Positions 63,851 through 64,000 of a stretch of DNA of 64,000 nt are shown in pieces. Both the position numbers and the translations under genes were made by a program. Numbering within the stretch: the stretch's first letter is position 1; every line of letters starts with the position of its first letter. The notes beneath the pieces are model-generated. The model ran no database searches, was not told the origin of the DNA, and was given only the letters and a program-made list of their open reading frames with translations. The stretch lies in contig JAAILG010000609.1 of NCBI GenBank assembly GCA_012026655.1, forward strand, positions 1 to 64,000, in the 5' to 3' direction. The DNA is from Hydrolagus affinis (Eukaryota).

Positions 63851-64000
63851 GGAAGATGGCACCTTGACCTCGGAAACGCAGGGTTATATGCGAGGCGATC
63901 ATTTTTGTTTGTTTTTCCTCCGTGATGTGAACGCAGAGAATATTGGACTCTTAACGCGGTGTCAATGGGTTTGTTTTCTCAAGCGGCAAAGGCCCATCAT

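Overview
Vertebrate genomic DNA with microsatellites, long introns, dense SINE/LINE remnants and one 100-N gap. The repeat content (a tRNA-headed Deu-domain SINE, L2 and CR1 3' ends) suggests a cartilaginous fish, possibly a chimaera such as Callorhinchus milii; this is inference only. Two convergent protein-coding genes are supported. (1) A GDNF-family ligand, best read as artemin, on the + strand. I reconstruct four phase-compatible exons (581-668, 30845-30939, 31482-31710, 32803-33269; 292 aa) with a ~30 kb first intron, an unusual 61-residue hydrophilic leader before the hydrophobic signal segment, and a very basic segment before the 7-Cys knot. (2) A prostaglandin E receptor EP4 paralogue (ptger4c/EP4b type) on the - strand (56954-56109 plus 52347-51703; 496 aa). 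The rest is mostly intronic or intergenic: roughly 35-40 full or partial copies of one SINE family, plus L2 and CR1 fragments. I see no clearly new biological system. The best leads are the artemin N-terminal and isoform architecture, the ARTN-EP4c pairing that mirrors GDNF-PTGER4, a CTCF/promoter-like patch between the genes, an unexplained perfect 66-bp duplication and a 40-bp-stem intronic hairpin. Repeat boundaries were read by eye and are approximate.
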